Shown: piece after piece, positions 52,500-64,000 of the stretch
Position numbering within the stretch: position 1 is the first letter of the stretch
Layout: the number at the start of each line of letters is the position of its first letter
Source: Callorhinchus milii
Taxonomy: Eukaryota
DNA: 64,000 nt
Direction of reading: 5' to 3'
Assembly: GCF_018977255.1 (NCBI RefSeq)
Contig: NW_024704742.1
Coordinates: 47,432,001-47,496,000, forward strand
Made by a program: the position numbers and the translations under genes
The notes under the pieces: model-generated
Seen by the model: the letters and a program-made list of their open reading frames with translations, nothing else
Database searches by the model: none
Told to the model about the DNA's origin: nothing

Positions 52500-53629
52500 T
52501 CTCAATGCCTCCACTTCATCTCCACAGACAGTTTCTCCTCCAGCCCCCGCACCGTCTCGTGCGGCGTTCCTCAGGGCTCTGTCCTCGGTCCCCTCCTCTT
52601 CAATATCTATATGCTCCTTCTTGATGACATCATCCGCAGACATGGGGTCAACTTCCACATGTATGCGGATGACACCCAACTCTAACTCTCTACCTCCACC
52701 CTTGACTCCAGGACCACTGCTGTCCTGACAGAATGTCTGTCACACATCAAGTCTTGGATGAGAGTTAATTTTTTTCAGTTGAACGTCAACACGACTGAGG
52801 CTCTCCTGATTGGCTCCTATCAGCGCCTCCACACCTCAGGCGCAGACAACATTACCATCCATGGATGCACATTCCACCAGTCCAGAATCTTGGCGTCTTG
52901 TTTGACCCTCAACTATCCTTTCTACCCCACAACTGTGCCGTGACCCGCTCTACCTTCCCCCACCTCCACAATATCACCCGGCTCCGCCACTGTCTCACAC
53001 CGCAGGCCACCAAAACCCTCATACACGCTTTCATTACATCGAGGCTTGATTATGCAAACTCCTTGCTTGTCGGCCTCCCAAACTCCTCCCTCCACAGGCT
53101 GCTGATCATCCAGAATTCTGCAACCCGTGTCCTCTTCCTCACCAGGCTCCCTGACCCTATCACCCCCGTCCTTGCTCGACTTCACTGGCTTCCCATCACA
53201 CAGATGATGCAGTTCAAGATCCTGGTCCTCGCCTTCAAAGCCCTCCATGGTCTTGCTCCCCCCTACCTCTGCAACCTCCTAACCCCCTATCATCCTGCTT
53301 GCTTCCTCCATTCAGCGGGCTTGGCTGCTTCATGAACCCCGTCTCGCTCACCCCACTATTGCGGGCAGGCCTTCTGCCATTCTGCCCCCACCTTCTGGAA
53401 CTTCATTCCGCAGTCCCTCCACCTCGCCCCCTCCCTTGCCTATTTCGAGACCCATCTCAAGATGCTCCTCTTCGACCGTGCTTTTGACCTTCATGCTTTC
53501 CCCCCCCCAGCCTTCACCCTCTCCAATCTTGATCCCCAGCTCGGGTCTGAAAGTCTTGACTGTCCAGCGCCTTGGAATGTCCTCCTGATGTGAAAGGCGC
53601 TTTACAGATGTAATTTCTTTGTTGTTGTT
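52500..53629 (+). mobile_element. L2 LINE, 5' truncated, disrupted RT (family B)
   Basis: [20 protein letters not shown] then stop; SRLDYANSLL, LHWLPI; (TTG)n tail. Confidence 0.93.
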
Positions 53630-54090
53630 ATACATTGCCTATTTTGCAGGAAGTTACAGATCCATTTTTCTCTGCATTGTGGAACAACAATAACAACAAC
53701 AAAATTACATTTGTAAACAGTGGACGGCATTGTAGTCAGAAGTGGAGTGTATTGTTGGTTGTTTTAAACTGAGGGTTTTGTTTTGTTAGCCGGGTGTCTG
53801 ACAGATATGTAAACCCATCACCATGCTTAAGAGTTAGGATGTCCGCATGGTAACACTTTGGTGTCTCTCCCGTGTCGACACATTTATATTATCGAGTTGT
53901 CCCTCCTGCATTGTGGAGTGGATCGTAAATCCAAATATGACTCAGGTTTTAGCAGGTCGAAACTAGCAGTTTCACAATACCTGTTGCCGTCAGAGGTGGG
54001 TTTGCAAAATATATAATGGCAATAATCAGTTGGGCAGCACCTGTCATGCACCAAACAAGCCGTTGCACATCAGGAGAACTTGTGTGTCAG

Positions 54091-54510
54091 CTTGGCTCAG
54101 TGGGAGCACTCTCGCCTCAGAGTCAGAAGGTTGTGGGTTCAAGCCCCAAGTCAGGGGAAGCTTGGAGCTGACACTCCAATACAGTGCTGGGGTGTGTTGC
54201 AATATCAGAGGTGTTGTCCTTCAGATGACAAGTTCAACCGAGGTCCCGTCTGCCTGTTCAAGTGGACATTAAGGATCCCGTGACACTATTTGAAAAGAGA
54301 AGGGAGTTTATCCTGGTGTCTTGGCTAATAAATCTCCCAAATAAAATTGGTCACTCACTCCATGGCTGTTTGTAGAACATTAACGTGTGTAAGCTGGCTG
54401 CTGCGTTTTGCCCACAAAATACACAGTCACTTTACAGTATATCGTGTGAAGCACTTTGAGACCTCTCCACAATGTGATAAGGCGCTATATTAAATGCAAG
54501 GATTATGATT
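54091..54510 (+). mobile_element. Older DeuSINE-like element, near full length
   Basis: A box TGGCTCAGTGG, B box GGTTCAAGCCC, Deu-like core, L2-like tail. Confidence 0.82.
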
Positions 54511-55039
54511 AACTCTGTTTCCATACAGTGTTGCAGTTCAGCTACAATGGAAGCAAACTAGAATACCTGTAAATGAAAATGGTGAAGAAATTGGGTGCAT
54601 GGTTAACTAGCTTCAGTAAACAGGCTACAACACAAGGGTATTGCAGTCATTTCGGAAACTTGTTACCGCTCACACACTTGTGAAACTCCAAAGGCGATAA
54701 GGAGGTGTTATTACCTTCATTTCTTGTTCTTTTACTAAAAGAACAGAAATAACAATTAACATCAAACACTAATGCAACCTTTGTTCAGAAAAAGAAAACA
54801 AACTGCGTCAAGAAAGGGGCTCCATTTATGCCTAGATATCCTGTTTTGAAGTTGAATAAAATGTTACAAACAGCAAAGCAAAATGTATTGAAAAAGGGCT
54901 CCTCAGGAAAGTCACAGGATTACTGGTGCCTTGCTGCCAGAAAAGAAACTACACAACTTAAACTGCTTTGTCTGTAGGGAATTTCCTTTTTTTGGTCTGA
55001 AATAGGCTGGGGAGTCCACAGCCAGGCGAAACAAATATA

Positions 55040-55305
55040 AGATAGCGACTAGGGGATTTAAAAGAGAATTTAGGAGGAACTACTTCACACAGAGGTTGAG
55101 ATTGTGGAACGCGCTGCTGGAAGTGGTAGTTGAATCAGATAGTGTAGATGCATTCAAGAGGAAGCCGGACCTTCATGTGAGGGAAAGCGGAATGGCAGGG
55201 TATGGGAGGGAATAAGGAATGAGTGAACTCGTGTGGAATGTAAACAATGGCACGGACTGGTTGGAATGAGCGGCCCGTTTCCGTGCTGTAATTTCTTTGT
55301 AATTC
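55040..55305 (+). mobile_element. CR1 LINE 3' end
   Basis: aggaggaactacttcacacagagg...tgtggaacgcgctg...cccgtttccgtgctgtaa. Confidence 0.7.
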
Positions 55306-56840
55306 TTTATTAATTGGGTGTCAGACACGTGGAAACCTGTGCTTCAGGTTATCCAATCCAGACTCAAAGTTCCACGTATGTATGCTACTTACACCTACAA
55401 TTTTCACTGAGTCTGGAATAGAATGTGCACTCTCTCCTGTAGGGACGCACCCTGCTTACCTAATGCCAGAGAATATTAGACACAGGTTGGCAAGGGCTCA
55501 AGGCTTGGGGACCCTAGATTGTGCGTTGGGTTACTGCTGGAGTTTAACCACTAAAGCCACACAATTTGCACATTGAGAGCGCTATCTGGCAGGCTTCCCG
55601 ATGCTATCATAGCCAGGGCCAACGTACCCTGAAGGCTTTGAAAGTTGAAAGTGTGATATGTGCTGCAATAATTCCAAATTAAACTTTATGAATTTAAAAT
55701 GCTAGCTGGTTTGGGAATATCTTCAACAGGGTTCTCTCTTCCCTTGTGTCTGAACATTACACCCTGGAAACCAGCACATGCTTTTGTACACTTTTATTCA
55801 GCAACTCTTCACTGCTGACATTAATGTACTCTTTGACTTCAGCCTCTGTGATATCAGACCTTTGAAACAGCCTCTGTTTCACTCCCGAAGGTACCTCGCC
55901 TGGACAATCACACCCTGGCAAAATGATTTACAAACAAAACTAAGTGTGTGTTGTACATTTATACTAAATAACAGATAGTTAGGGAATGAGTTCACAAAGC
56001 CTATGCAGAGCTTTGTCTGAGGATGATAGCGTGGGTGAGGTGAACTCCACAGTATGGTTGTTTATTTGTGGTCTCTAGAGGGAGTGGTCCTACCTCATTC
56101 CATGTTTTTTTATATGTTGATGTGAAATTGGAATAGCATAGGGCCATCCAAATCAGTGCTAGAGAAAGAAGTACTTGGGATGTCAGAGAGTAATGGTACT
56201 CTCCCAATAAGTGGTTTGATTGTAACAAGTGAAACTGAGCAATCAACATCAAGCCATGTTTACTAATTGATCTTTTGCTCAGACCCATGAGAGTAACTTA
56301 AGTCCATTTGCATTGAGCCAAGAATTCTGGACCCATTTAAGAAACAGTTTGGTGCTCTAATGGGAGAGTAGGTATCCTGGAAAGGTGAAATCCTTTGGGC
56401 AGAAGGACCTTCTTCATGTGAATCTCTTGTGAATACACCTTTGATTTTGTGGCATCAATGTGGGAACCATGGTAAACAGCACAGCAATGTTGACGGTCAG
56501 CATTGGCCATGTTGATCTGCACAAGGTGTTCTGTCCAGGGGCGGACTTGCTATGTGGGAAAATCGGGAAATTTCCCGTGAATGGTTCCCGAGCTCCCCCA
56601 TGAATGGCTCCTGATGCTTACCACCCGGGCAGCCTAGATCAGAAGTTCCATTTAAGTCTGATAACGTTGTTAAAAGCATGGATGTTTTCTGCTTTTTGGC
56701 ACCCCACAAATCAGCTCCCATTTTACATGACAATCCAACTGACTTGTAATTAAACATTCCTCCCTCTTAACAGGTTTATTACAGGTTAAACAGATGAAAC
56801 ATTAAGCTGCTTATTTACATCTTTGTTTCTCCTCTTTCAG

Positions 56841-57004
56841 ATTCAACACTGCTTCAGTTATTAGGCATACTTTACCCAGGCCCCAACCTGTTGAATCCCC
56901 AGACACTCAGAAGAAGCGTCGCATACACAGGTGTGACTTTGAGGGGTGTAACAAAGTGTACACAAAGAGCTCACACCTCAAAGCACACAGAAGGACACAC
57001 ACAG
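56841..57004 (+). CDS. klf3: KLF3-like exon: basic NLS region and zinc finger 1
   Basis: Acceptor ctttgtttctcctctttcag|, donor ACAG|GTAAGA; 164 nt. Translates [54 protein letters not shown]. Confidence 0.97.
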
Positions 57005-57149
57005 GTAAGAGTAGCCTCCTGCCTTATCAACAAGTATCGTCTTCCCTGTTACAGTAAAGAAAATGAAATAGCAACTGCCTGCTCAAACAGTCTGCACATT
57101 CACACCATTTTAATCATATTGTGCAGGGAAGTCTGTAATTGTAGATTTA

Positions 57150-57529
57150 AGCCTCACATCAAGACTTGGAATCTAAGGTGACACTCAAAAACAGTGCTGG
57201 GGGTGTTTTGCATTATCGGAGTGCCATCCTTCGGATGAGACATTAAACCAAGGTCCTAACTGCTTGTTCAGGTGGACGTTAAAGATCCCAAGGTGCTATT
57301 CGAAAAGAAAAAAAGGAGTTTCTCCCAGTGTTCTGGTCAACAATTCCCCCCAAAAATTGATCACTCGCTCCATGGCTGTTTGTGGGTTATTGCTGTGTGC
57401 AACTGTCTGCCACGTTCTGCCCACAAAATACACAGTCAATCTACTTTACAGTGTATCCTGCAAAGTATTTTGAGGCATCTCAACGATGTAATAAGGCGGT
57501 GTATCAAATACAAGGATTATTATTATTAT
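57150..57529 (+). mobile_element. Older DeuSINE-like element
   Basis: ttcggatgagacattaaacc...aggtggacgttaaagatccc core and tail. Confidence 0.8.
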
Positions 57530-57531
57530 TT

Positions 57532-58492
57532 CCAAGGATGTTGTAGATTTACAAGAATGTTGCTGGAGATGAATGGATACAGCTATTGAGAAAGATCGGG
57601 CAGGTTAGAGCTTTTCTCGTTGGATTTGAGAGGGAACCTGAAAGAGGTGTTTTAAGTTTATAAAAAGATCCAATAAGGTAGATGTAGATAGACCTTTTAC
57701 ACTTGTTGGTGCGAATAAAATGAGATGGCATAAATATCTAGTGATGGATTAAATAGGGAGATCAGGAGGAATTTCTTTGCAGTCGTGAAAATGTGAAATT
57801 TACTGTCGGAAGCTGTGGTTAAAGCAAAAAACATCAATGTATTTAAGAGAGAACTTGATGCATACATCTGGGAGAGGGGAATAGAGAGGCATAGTAGGGG
57901 TGGAGGTTTATGTGGAGTATAAACACTGACATAGACACGTTGGGCCAAATGGCTTTTTCCTGTGCCGTATTCTTTCTATATAATTATGTAGTAAGTGTGC
58001 TGGGAAAAGTAATAAACAGTGAGGAGGATAGTAGCAGACTGCAAATGGATATAGACAGACTAGTAAAACGGGCAGACAGGTGGCTGATGAAGTTTAATGT
58101 GGAGAAATATGATCTGATGCATTTTGGGAGGAAGAATGAGGAGAGGCAATATAAGCTGATGGTACAATCTTAAAGGGGGTGAAGGAACAGAGAGACCTGG
58201 GGGTTCAAATAAGCAAATCTTTGAAGGTGACAGGACAAGTAGATAAAGCTTTTTTCACACAGCAAGTTGTTTGGATGTGGGATGCATTGCTTGAATGGGT
58301 GGTGGAAGCCATTTTGATAACAACTTTTAAGAGAGAAGTAGATAAATTATTTGGGGAGGACAAGTTTGCAGGGCTATGGGGAGAGAGTGGAGGAGTGGGA
58401 TTGATTTGGATAGCACTTTTCAAAGAGCCGGTACAGACACGATGGACCGAATGGCCTCCTTCTGTGCTGTATAATTCTATGATTGTATGATT
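57532..58492 (+). mobile_element. Two adjacent CR1 LINE fragments (about 57532-57986 and 57995-58492)
   Basis: LQMDIDRLVKRADRWLMKFNVEK and EQRDLGV motifs; tail gaatggcctccttctgtgctgta-attctatgatt. Confidence 0.85.
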
Positions 58493-59012
58493 CTTTGTCC
58501 AGTTCGTCAGAACTTGTCAAAGAGATCAAACAGCTTTTCATTTATCTTTATTGGCTGGAGTTAAACTCTCAGGTTGACTGCAGGATTTTATTAACTCCTA
58601 TTGAATTTTCTTAAAAGAGTACAGTGTCATCAGATACCGGAGATGATTCATTCTGTTGGATATGTGAATTAGTCTGCTTTTGCACAACAAGACGCCTGTT
58701 TTTAGATACATGTTTTTGCTACAGACACAAAGAAATCCATGCAGAAAATCTAAATAAAAACTGAAAATGTGAAGACGTGTATAAGATCAAACACTATCTG
58801 AAAGAGAAGTGCATGCAAACAGTTCAGCAGAACTGCTTCTTGTGTTCTGAAAGGTCACAGGTCAAACTTGTTAGATATTGCCCTGTTGAGCATTTTCTAT
58901 GAATTATATTTCTTCTGAACTAATATAAATTATTAAGTAATTGCTTAGCTTTTACTAATAAATGACCAACCGCCTAGTTTCGTCATGACTCTTGGGTTCA
59001 ATACTAGGCAAG

Positions 59013-59342
59013 TAATAATATAATAATAATAATAATAATAATAATCCTTGCATTTGATATAGCGCTTTTCACGTCGGGAGGACGTCCCAAAGCGCTTCAC
59101 AGAAGACACTGTAAAGTGAATTGACTGTATATTTGTGGGCGAACGCGGCAGCCAATTGCGCACAGCAATGTCCCACAAACAGTCGTAGATTGAAAATGAC
59201 CAATTTGTTTTTGTTTTTGTTTTTTTGGAGGGATTATTATTAGGCTCTGTGTGGAGTAAGGAAACTTGCCTAAGGTTTCGCCCTGCCTGGAATTGAACTC
59301 AGGTCTCTCGCTTGCACTAACCACTGAGCTACAGGACTCCAC
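59013..59342 (-). mobile_element. tRNA-Ala SINE, full length with small head deletion, L2 family B-like tail loop
   Basis: Ends about 90 nt upstream of the last-exon acceptor. Confidence 0.92.
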
Positions 59343-59383
59343 TCCATTATAATAATAATAATAATCCTTAGCTAATTCTGTGA

Positions 59384-59617
<234 letters not shown>

Positions 59618-60929
59618 GTTTCGATCCTCTCCTTTTCTAACTTGCGATATTAACTGGACAAAATGCAAACAAAGCAAATATATTAACCAAGATTCAAGAT
59701 TCAGCTGGGCCGAATCCTTCATAATTGAACAGTTTCACTTGATCAGTACCTGATGCGCAAAAAAATGCTCAGTCTTGTTGTTCCAGGCAGGGGTCAGATT
59801 TAACAATGTGAATGTTTTAATGTTGATGCATAGCATTTCCTACTGAGTACACAAGGCTGGGCAATTTTACCTTGTATCAAACCACATCTTTTGTGCAGTT
59901 TTTATTGTTTGGTGAAATTTAAGATTCTGCTGTTGATTAACCCTTGATTGATGAATTATCAATTTAGCCATAATTAAAAACTTAGTTACCTGTTAAGCAT
60001 TTTTCATCTTGCCAGAGAGATTCTCTCATCAGTGCAGTATGTTTTGAATGTCATTTTCTTCACCAAAAACAGCAAACCTCATATACAACATGAATTTTCG
60101 TCAAGAGATTTGTGGATGTTTTAGTCTTTGTGTCAGAGAAAGATCTCTTAAGTTGCAACAAAGACTGAGTGATGGCTTTATTGTGAGGCTACATGAGCAA
60201 ACAGCTGAAGACAGGAGAGGGCACAGCATACCATGCAATTGGAGGATGCTACTCATTTTGACTGTTGTTTGTAGACGCATTTCAAGATTACAGTCATCTC
60301 CTGCTTCCATGGACTGTCCTTCAGTAATGTTACTGTTAGAGCTTATTTCTGAAATAGCATGGCAATATCATGAGCTTCAATGTTAATTTCAAACAGAGCA
60401 ATAACGGTTGCTCTTCATATTGAAGGCATGGTTTGCAAATACAGTGGAACCTCATTGACGTACAAACTCTAAGCATAAACAAACTCTTATTTAAGCACAG
60501 ACCTGTTGGTAATCAAACTAGTTTCATCTATCCCCAGTGGAAACTCCATTAAAGTCAGTAGGGATACTCCCATCTGAATAAAGAAAAAAATTAAAAAAGG
60601 GCGATAGTATCTGGTCCCACGAGTCTGTAATAATGAGGTTTGACTGTATGTTCTTTGTCTCCGGTTGTGCAGCAGTCTTTATCATCGTTGTCTGTTCCTA
60701 TCATTTAGAACTTGTTACCCAACTTAAGACAAATGAAAAATCAGAAAACCAGGATTTTCCAGATAAAATATTATAATTTGCTAGAATTTACAAACTTGCA
60801 AATATTTGTTGAGTTTTTAAACAAAATCGTTGAAACAAACGTTCAGTGAGGACTTACTTTAGTGACATTCAATCTGTTAGCCGGATAAAGTAGTAATCCT
60901 GCTTTGATAAACTCCCACTCTGGAAAACA

Positions 60930-61235
60930 GGAGTCCTGTAGCTCAGTGGTTAGAGCACTCGCCTTGCAAGCGAGAGACCTGGGTTCGATTCCCGGCAGAG
61001 CGAAACCTTGGGCAAGTTTCCTTACTCCACACACCTGATAAATAATCCTTCAAAAAATAATAAAATTGGTCACTTCAATCTGCGACTGTTTGTGGGACAC
61101 TGCGGTGCGCAATTGGCTGTTGTGTTTCACCCACACATATAATCAATTCACTTTACAGTTTATTCTGTGAAGCGCTTTGAGATGTCTAGAAGACGTGAAA
61201 AAGCACTATATCAAATGCAAGGATTATTATTATTA
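60930..61235 (+). mobile_element. tRNA-Ala SINE, full length, in the presumed 3' UTR
   Basis: Perfect A box TAGCTCAGTGG and B box GGTTCGATTCC; TGC anticodon arm. Confidence 0.93.
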
Positions 61236-63776
61236 ACTTTAAAAAGGTTGGGAATCAACTAAGAATTGATAGGAATGAATAATATGTACCTGTAAGAACA
61301 AATGTTGTGTTGGACATTTCTAGCACATAACGTACTCTTCCAAATGAGGCACTTTATGAAAGCTTGTTTCAATTTATTGCACCAATCATTTTTTATTCTA
61401 ATGATGTAGGGTGGGGTCAATTGTATTGAGCTGCTCTGAAAATGACATCAGTCTCATTGAACCCTATGTATAAATACTATTTTCCTATCGGTTGCTTGCC
61501 TACAGTTGCGACTCCTGTGATTGCTGAGCGTGTAAGTGATGGAAATATGCTTCCTGTGTGCCATTAACACAAATGTTTTGGTTATCATTACATTTGCAGT
61601 CCTATAAAATAATTAGTGTTGTGTCATTGACTTCAATTCACCATATGATTTTTTTTATCTGATATTTTAGCTTATCTATTTTTTTAAATAAAATAAAATT
61701 GGCATAGGAATGGCTCTTCAAATCTACTGTTTGGATTCCAATATTTCTTTCAGCCTTTTTAACTATGTAAAGTGGAAACCTTGGCTGATATGTCCATATT
61801 TCCCTTCCTATCCCAGAGTTTCTCAGGCCAATTGTAGAACCCAAACGTTTCCCAGGTTGAGATCAGCAAACTCAACAACAACAAATTGCATTTATACAGT
61901 CGTGAGGATGTCCCGAGTCGTCAGGAAGGCGTTTTCAAACAGTTTGTTTCACAGGTATTCTTCCATAATTTAAGAAAACAATGGTAGTAAATAAGATGGA
62001 CATAGTGATCTTCACAATTTAACAATATGTTTCCATGACACACCAAAAGTCGGAAATTCCACCTAGAAATAGCATGTATTTTGTCTTAAAATTGTATATC
62101 CTGTGAAATTCTGGCGAATTCTTAATTTGGAAGCTGTTCTTTTCTTTAAGAACTGTGGAAAAGTGTTCCAAATTAAAATTTAAAAATGTAAAATTCTTAA
62201 AATTTCACCCAGTCTTACAGGCTAAGACTAGCTGAAATTTCAGGCCTCTGGTGCTTAAAAAAAGCAATTTTTTGATAAGTTCTTAGAATGCGAAATAATG
62301 TAATGAAAGCAATTGCATTATGATAGACCCCAGACATAAACTAAACACAATTTCTTAGATGACCCATGTGGCAAAACAATATCAATCCTATTTAAATTCT
62401 TAATCTTGGAGGCATTAAATCACTGTGTGCACACAACAGCATTCCCATTGTATCACAACAGTAAATATAAGTATTGGTGTTTTCCAGCAGCTCTCTGCAC
62501 TGTAGATAAAAACTTCTGTCGTGCAGTGGGAAATTCAAGCATTGCTTGATTACTCGTTTAGGGAGGAGAGAGAGAGAAACACAACAGTTCTTATTTTGAC
62601 TGAGTTGAATGAACGTGAATACTGGGGAACAAAACATTCCATGCAATTAAGATATTGCTCGGCAGGGAGATCAGATTCATAGATTTACATAGATCGTACA
62701 GCATGGAGCATGGAAACAGGCCATTTGTCCCAACTAGTCCATGCTGGTGCTTAAACCATACAAGTCTTCACCGATTCTTTATCCCCTCCCATATCCTTCT
62801 ATTCCTTTCTCCCTTGTGTGTATGTGTATTCACAGGCAAGTTTTGCTTTGGTAGATTAGGATTGATGAATATCTGGGATATGCGAGTACAATGATCTGTG
62901 GTAGCTGGCCTGCCAAATGAATTTGAGTCATTCTTTTTTTCTTTTAAAACAGTGGCACTGGCTTTCTGTACTTTAGAGGTGTGGGCATCTAGTATGTTAG
63001 CCTAGGAGTTTTTTTTAAACAAAAAACCCACTTGTAAAATGGGTGCAAATCAGGTAATGTTCACAACGTAAATAGTAAATGTGGTGACAGATTGTTTTGT
63101 TAAGTTTTATATAAAAAATTAGTCTCATTGCTTCATAAGAATTTTTTTAAAAAATTAATGTGGTAAAGTAAGGGTGTGGAACGAATATGAAACCTCTTGT
63201 TAGTAGTGAATGCCATGTATTGTGTCATTTACTGAGGTGGGAAGGGAAGGTTTGGACACTGTGCACAAACTTTCAACCAATTCTCACTGTTTAGATTTAC
63301 AGAATGTGAATTTTTACTTGTTTTGAGGGGGGAGGGTGTACCATATTTTTTAGATATTTGTTATTTTTGGGTGGAATAACCAGAGAGAGCATCAAGAAAC
63401 AATTGAAGCAAAGGCGAGAGATGCTGCACAGGTGAAATATATATTTTTGTATGTGGCAAAGATGATATTTTAGGGCACTGTACAAAGACAGTTACATTAA
63501 GCATTAATTGATCCCAAAAGAGTGGCTTGATGTGATTGACTGCTCGAAGCAACTCTATGCACCAACCAGGTCTGCTATGATGCATTATATTGCACATTAT
63601 ATTGTGAATCCTAAATGAAAATATTTACTTTTTTAATTTATTCCTTTGAACTTCTAGTTTTAATGTTAATATTTTAGAACTTTTATTGGTATAAATCTTT
63701 TTTCCACTAGAGATTTGCCGTAAGTGCTTGCATAACGCAACGTTCAATGCAGTATTTCTGAACTAGTTACAGTACA

Positions 63777-63782
63777 AATAAA
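63777..63782 (+). terminator. Candidate distal polyadenylation signal AATAAA (proximal candidate at 60577-60582)
   Basis: AATAAA preceded by U-rich sequence and followed by a G-rich tract at about 63844-63867. Confidence 0.5.
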
Positions 63783-64000
63783 ATGTCCCTAACTACAGCA
63801 ACTTCTGATCTGCTGCCTGCTTAAAGAGAAGATCATAGTGATAGGGGTGGGGGGGAGTGGGGAAGGTGATTTAGAAAGCTTTTGCCAGCAATAATTAACC
63901 TTCTTTAAGAAGTCCTTACTTTGAGAACTAAAATTAAACACCCCAGTATCTTCACAAAAAAGACACAAAAAACAATGAATTTCAGAGTAGCTCGAACGAC

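Larger units (their letters stand above)
59618..63800 (+). other. Probable long 3' UTR
   Basis: AT-rich sequence after the stop codon with few repeats, ending at a canonical AATAAA. The end point is inferred. Confidence 0.5.

Noticed and set aside
56891..57181. Track ORFs 56891-57181 and 59553-59753 overlapping the zinc-finger exons
   Set aside because: Alternative frames of the real exons, without independent coding evidence.
60930..61004. Genuine tRNA-Ala(TGC) gene
   Set aside because: Continuous with the SINE body and tail, acceptor mismatches, lacks G3:U70, no oligo-T terminator directly after.

Overview
Vertebrate genomic DNA, most likely a cartilaginous fish; this is inferred from the DeuSINE-type, L2 and CR1 repeat content. 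The window holds one complete + strand gene encoding a Kruppel-like factor of the KLF3/8/12 (CtBP-binding) subfamily, closest to KLF3. Five core coding exons (29565-29621, 38009-38459, 39698-39839, 56841-57004, 59436-59617) splice in frame at GT-AG sites to a 331-aa protein with a PVDLS CtBP motif and three C2H2 fingers. A probable 3' UTR of about 4.2 kb ends at AATAAA 63777. Candidate novelties in the gene are: an extra frame-preserving 84-nt exon (38785-38868); two upstream exons that would add a 42-aa N-terminal extension; and a mix of KLF3-type and KLF12-type residues that could indicate a retained paralogue. The rest is intronic or upstream DNA dense in a young tRNA-Ala(TGC)-headed SINE (about 20 copies, two length variants, tails shared with L2 LINEs), older DeuSINE-like elements, and L2 and CR1 fragments, several of them nested. 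Almost all ORFs in the supplied track are repeat-derived or spurious. Comparisons to known families are from memory; no searches were run.
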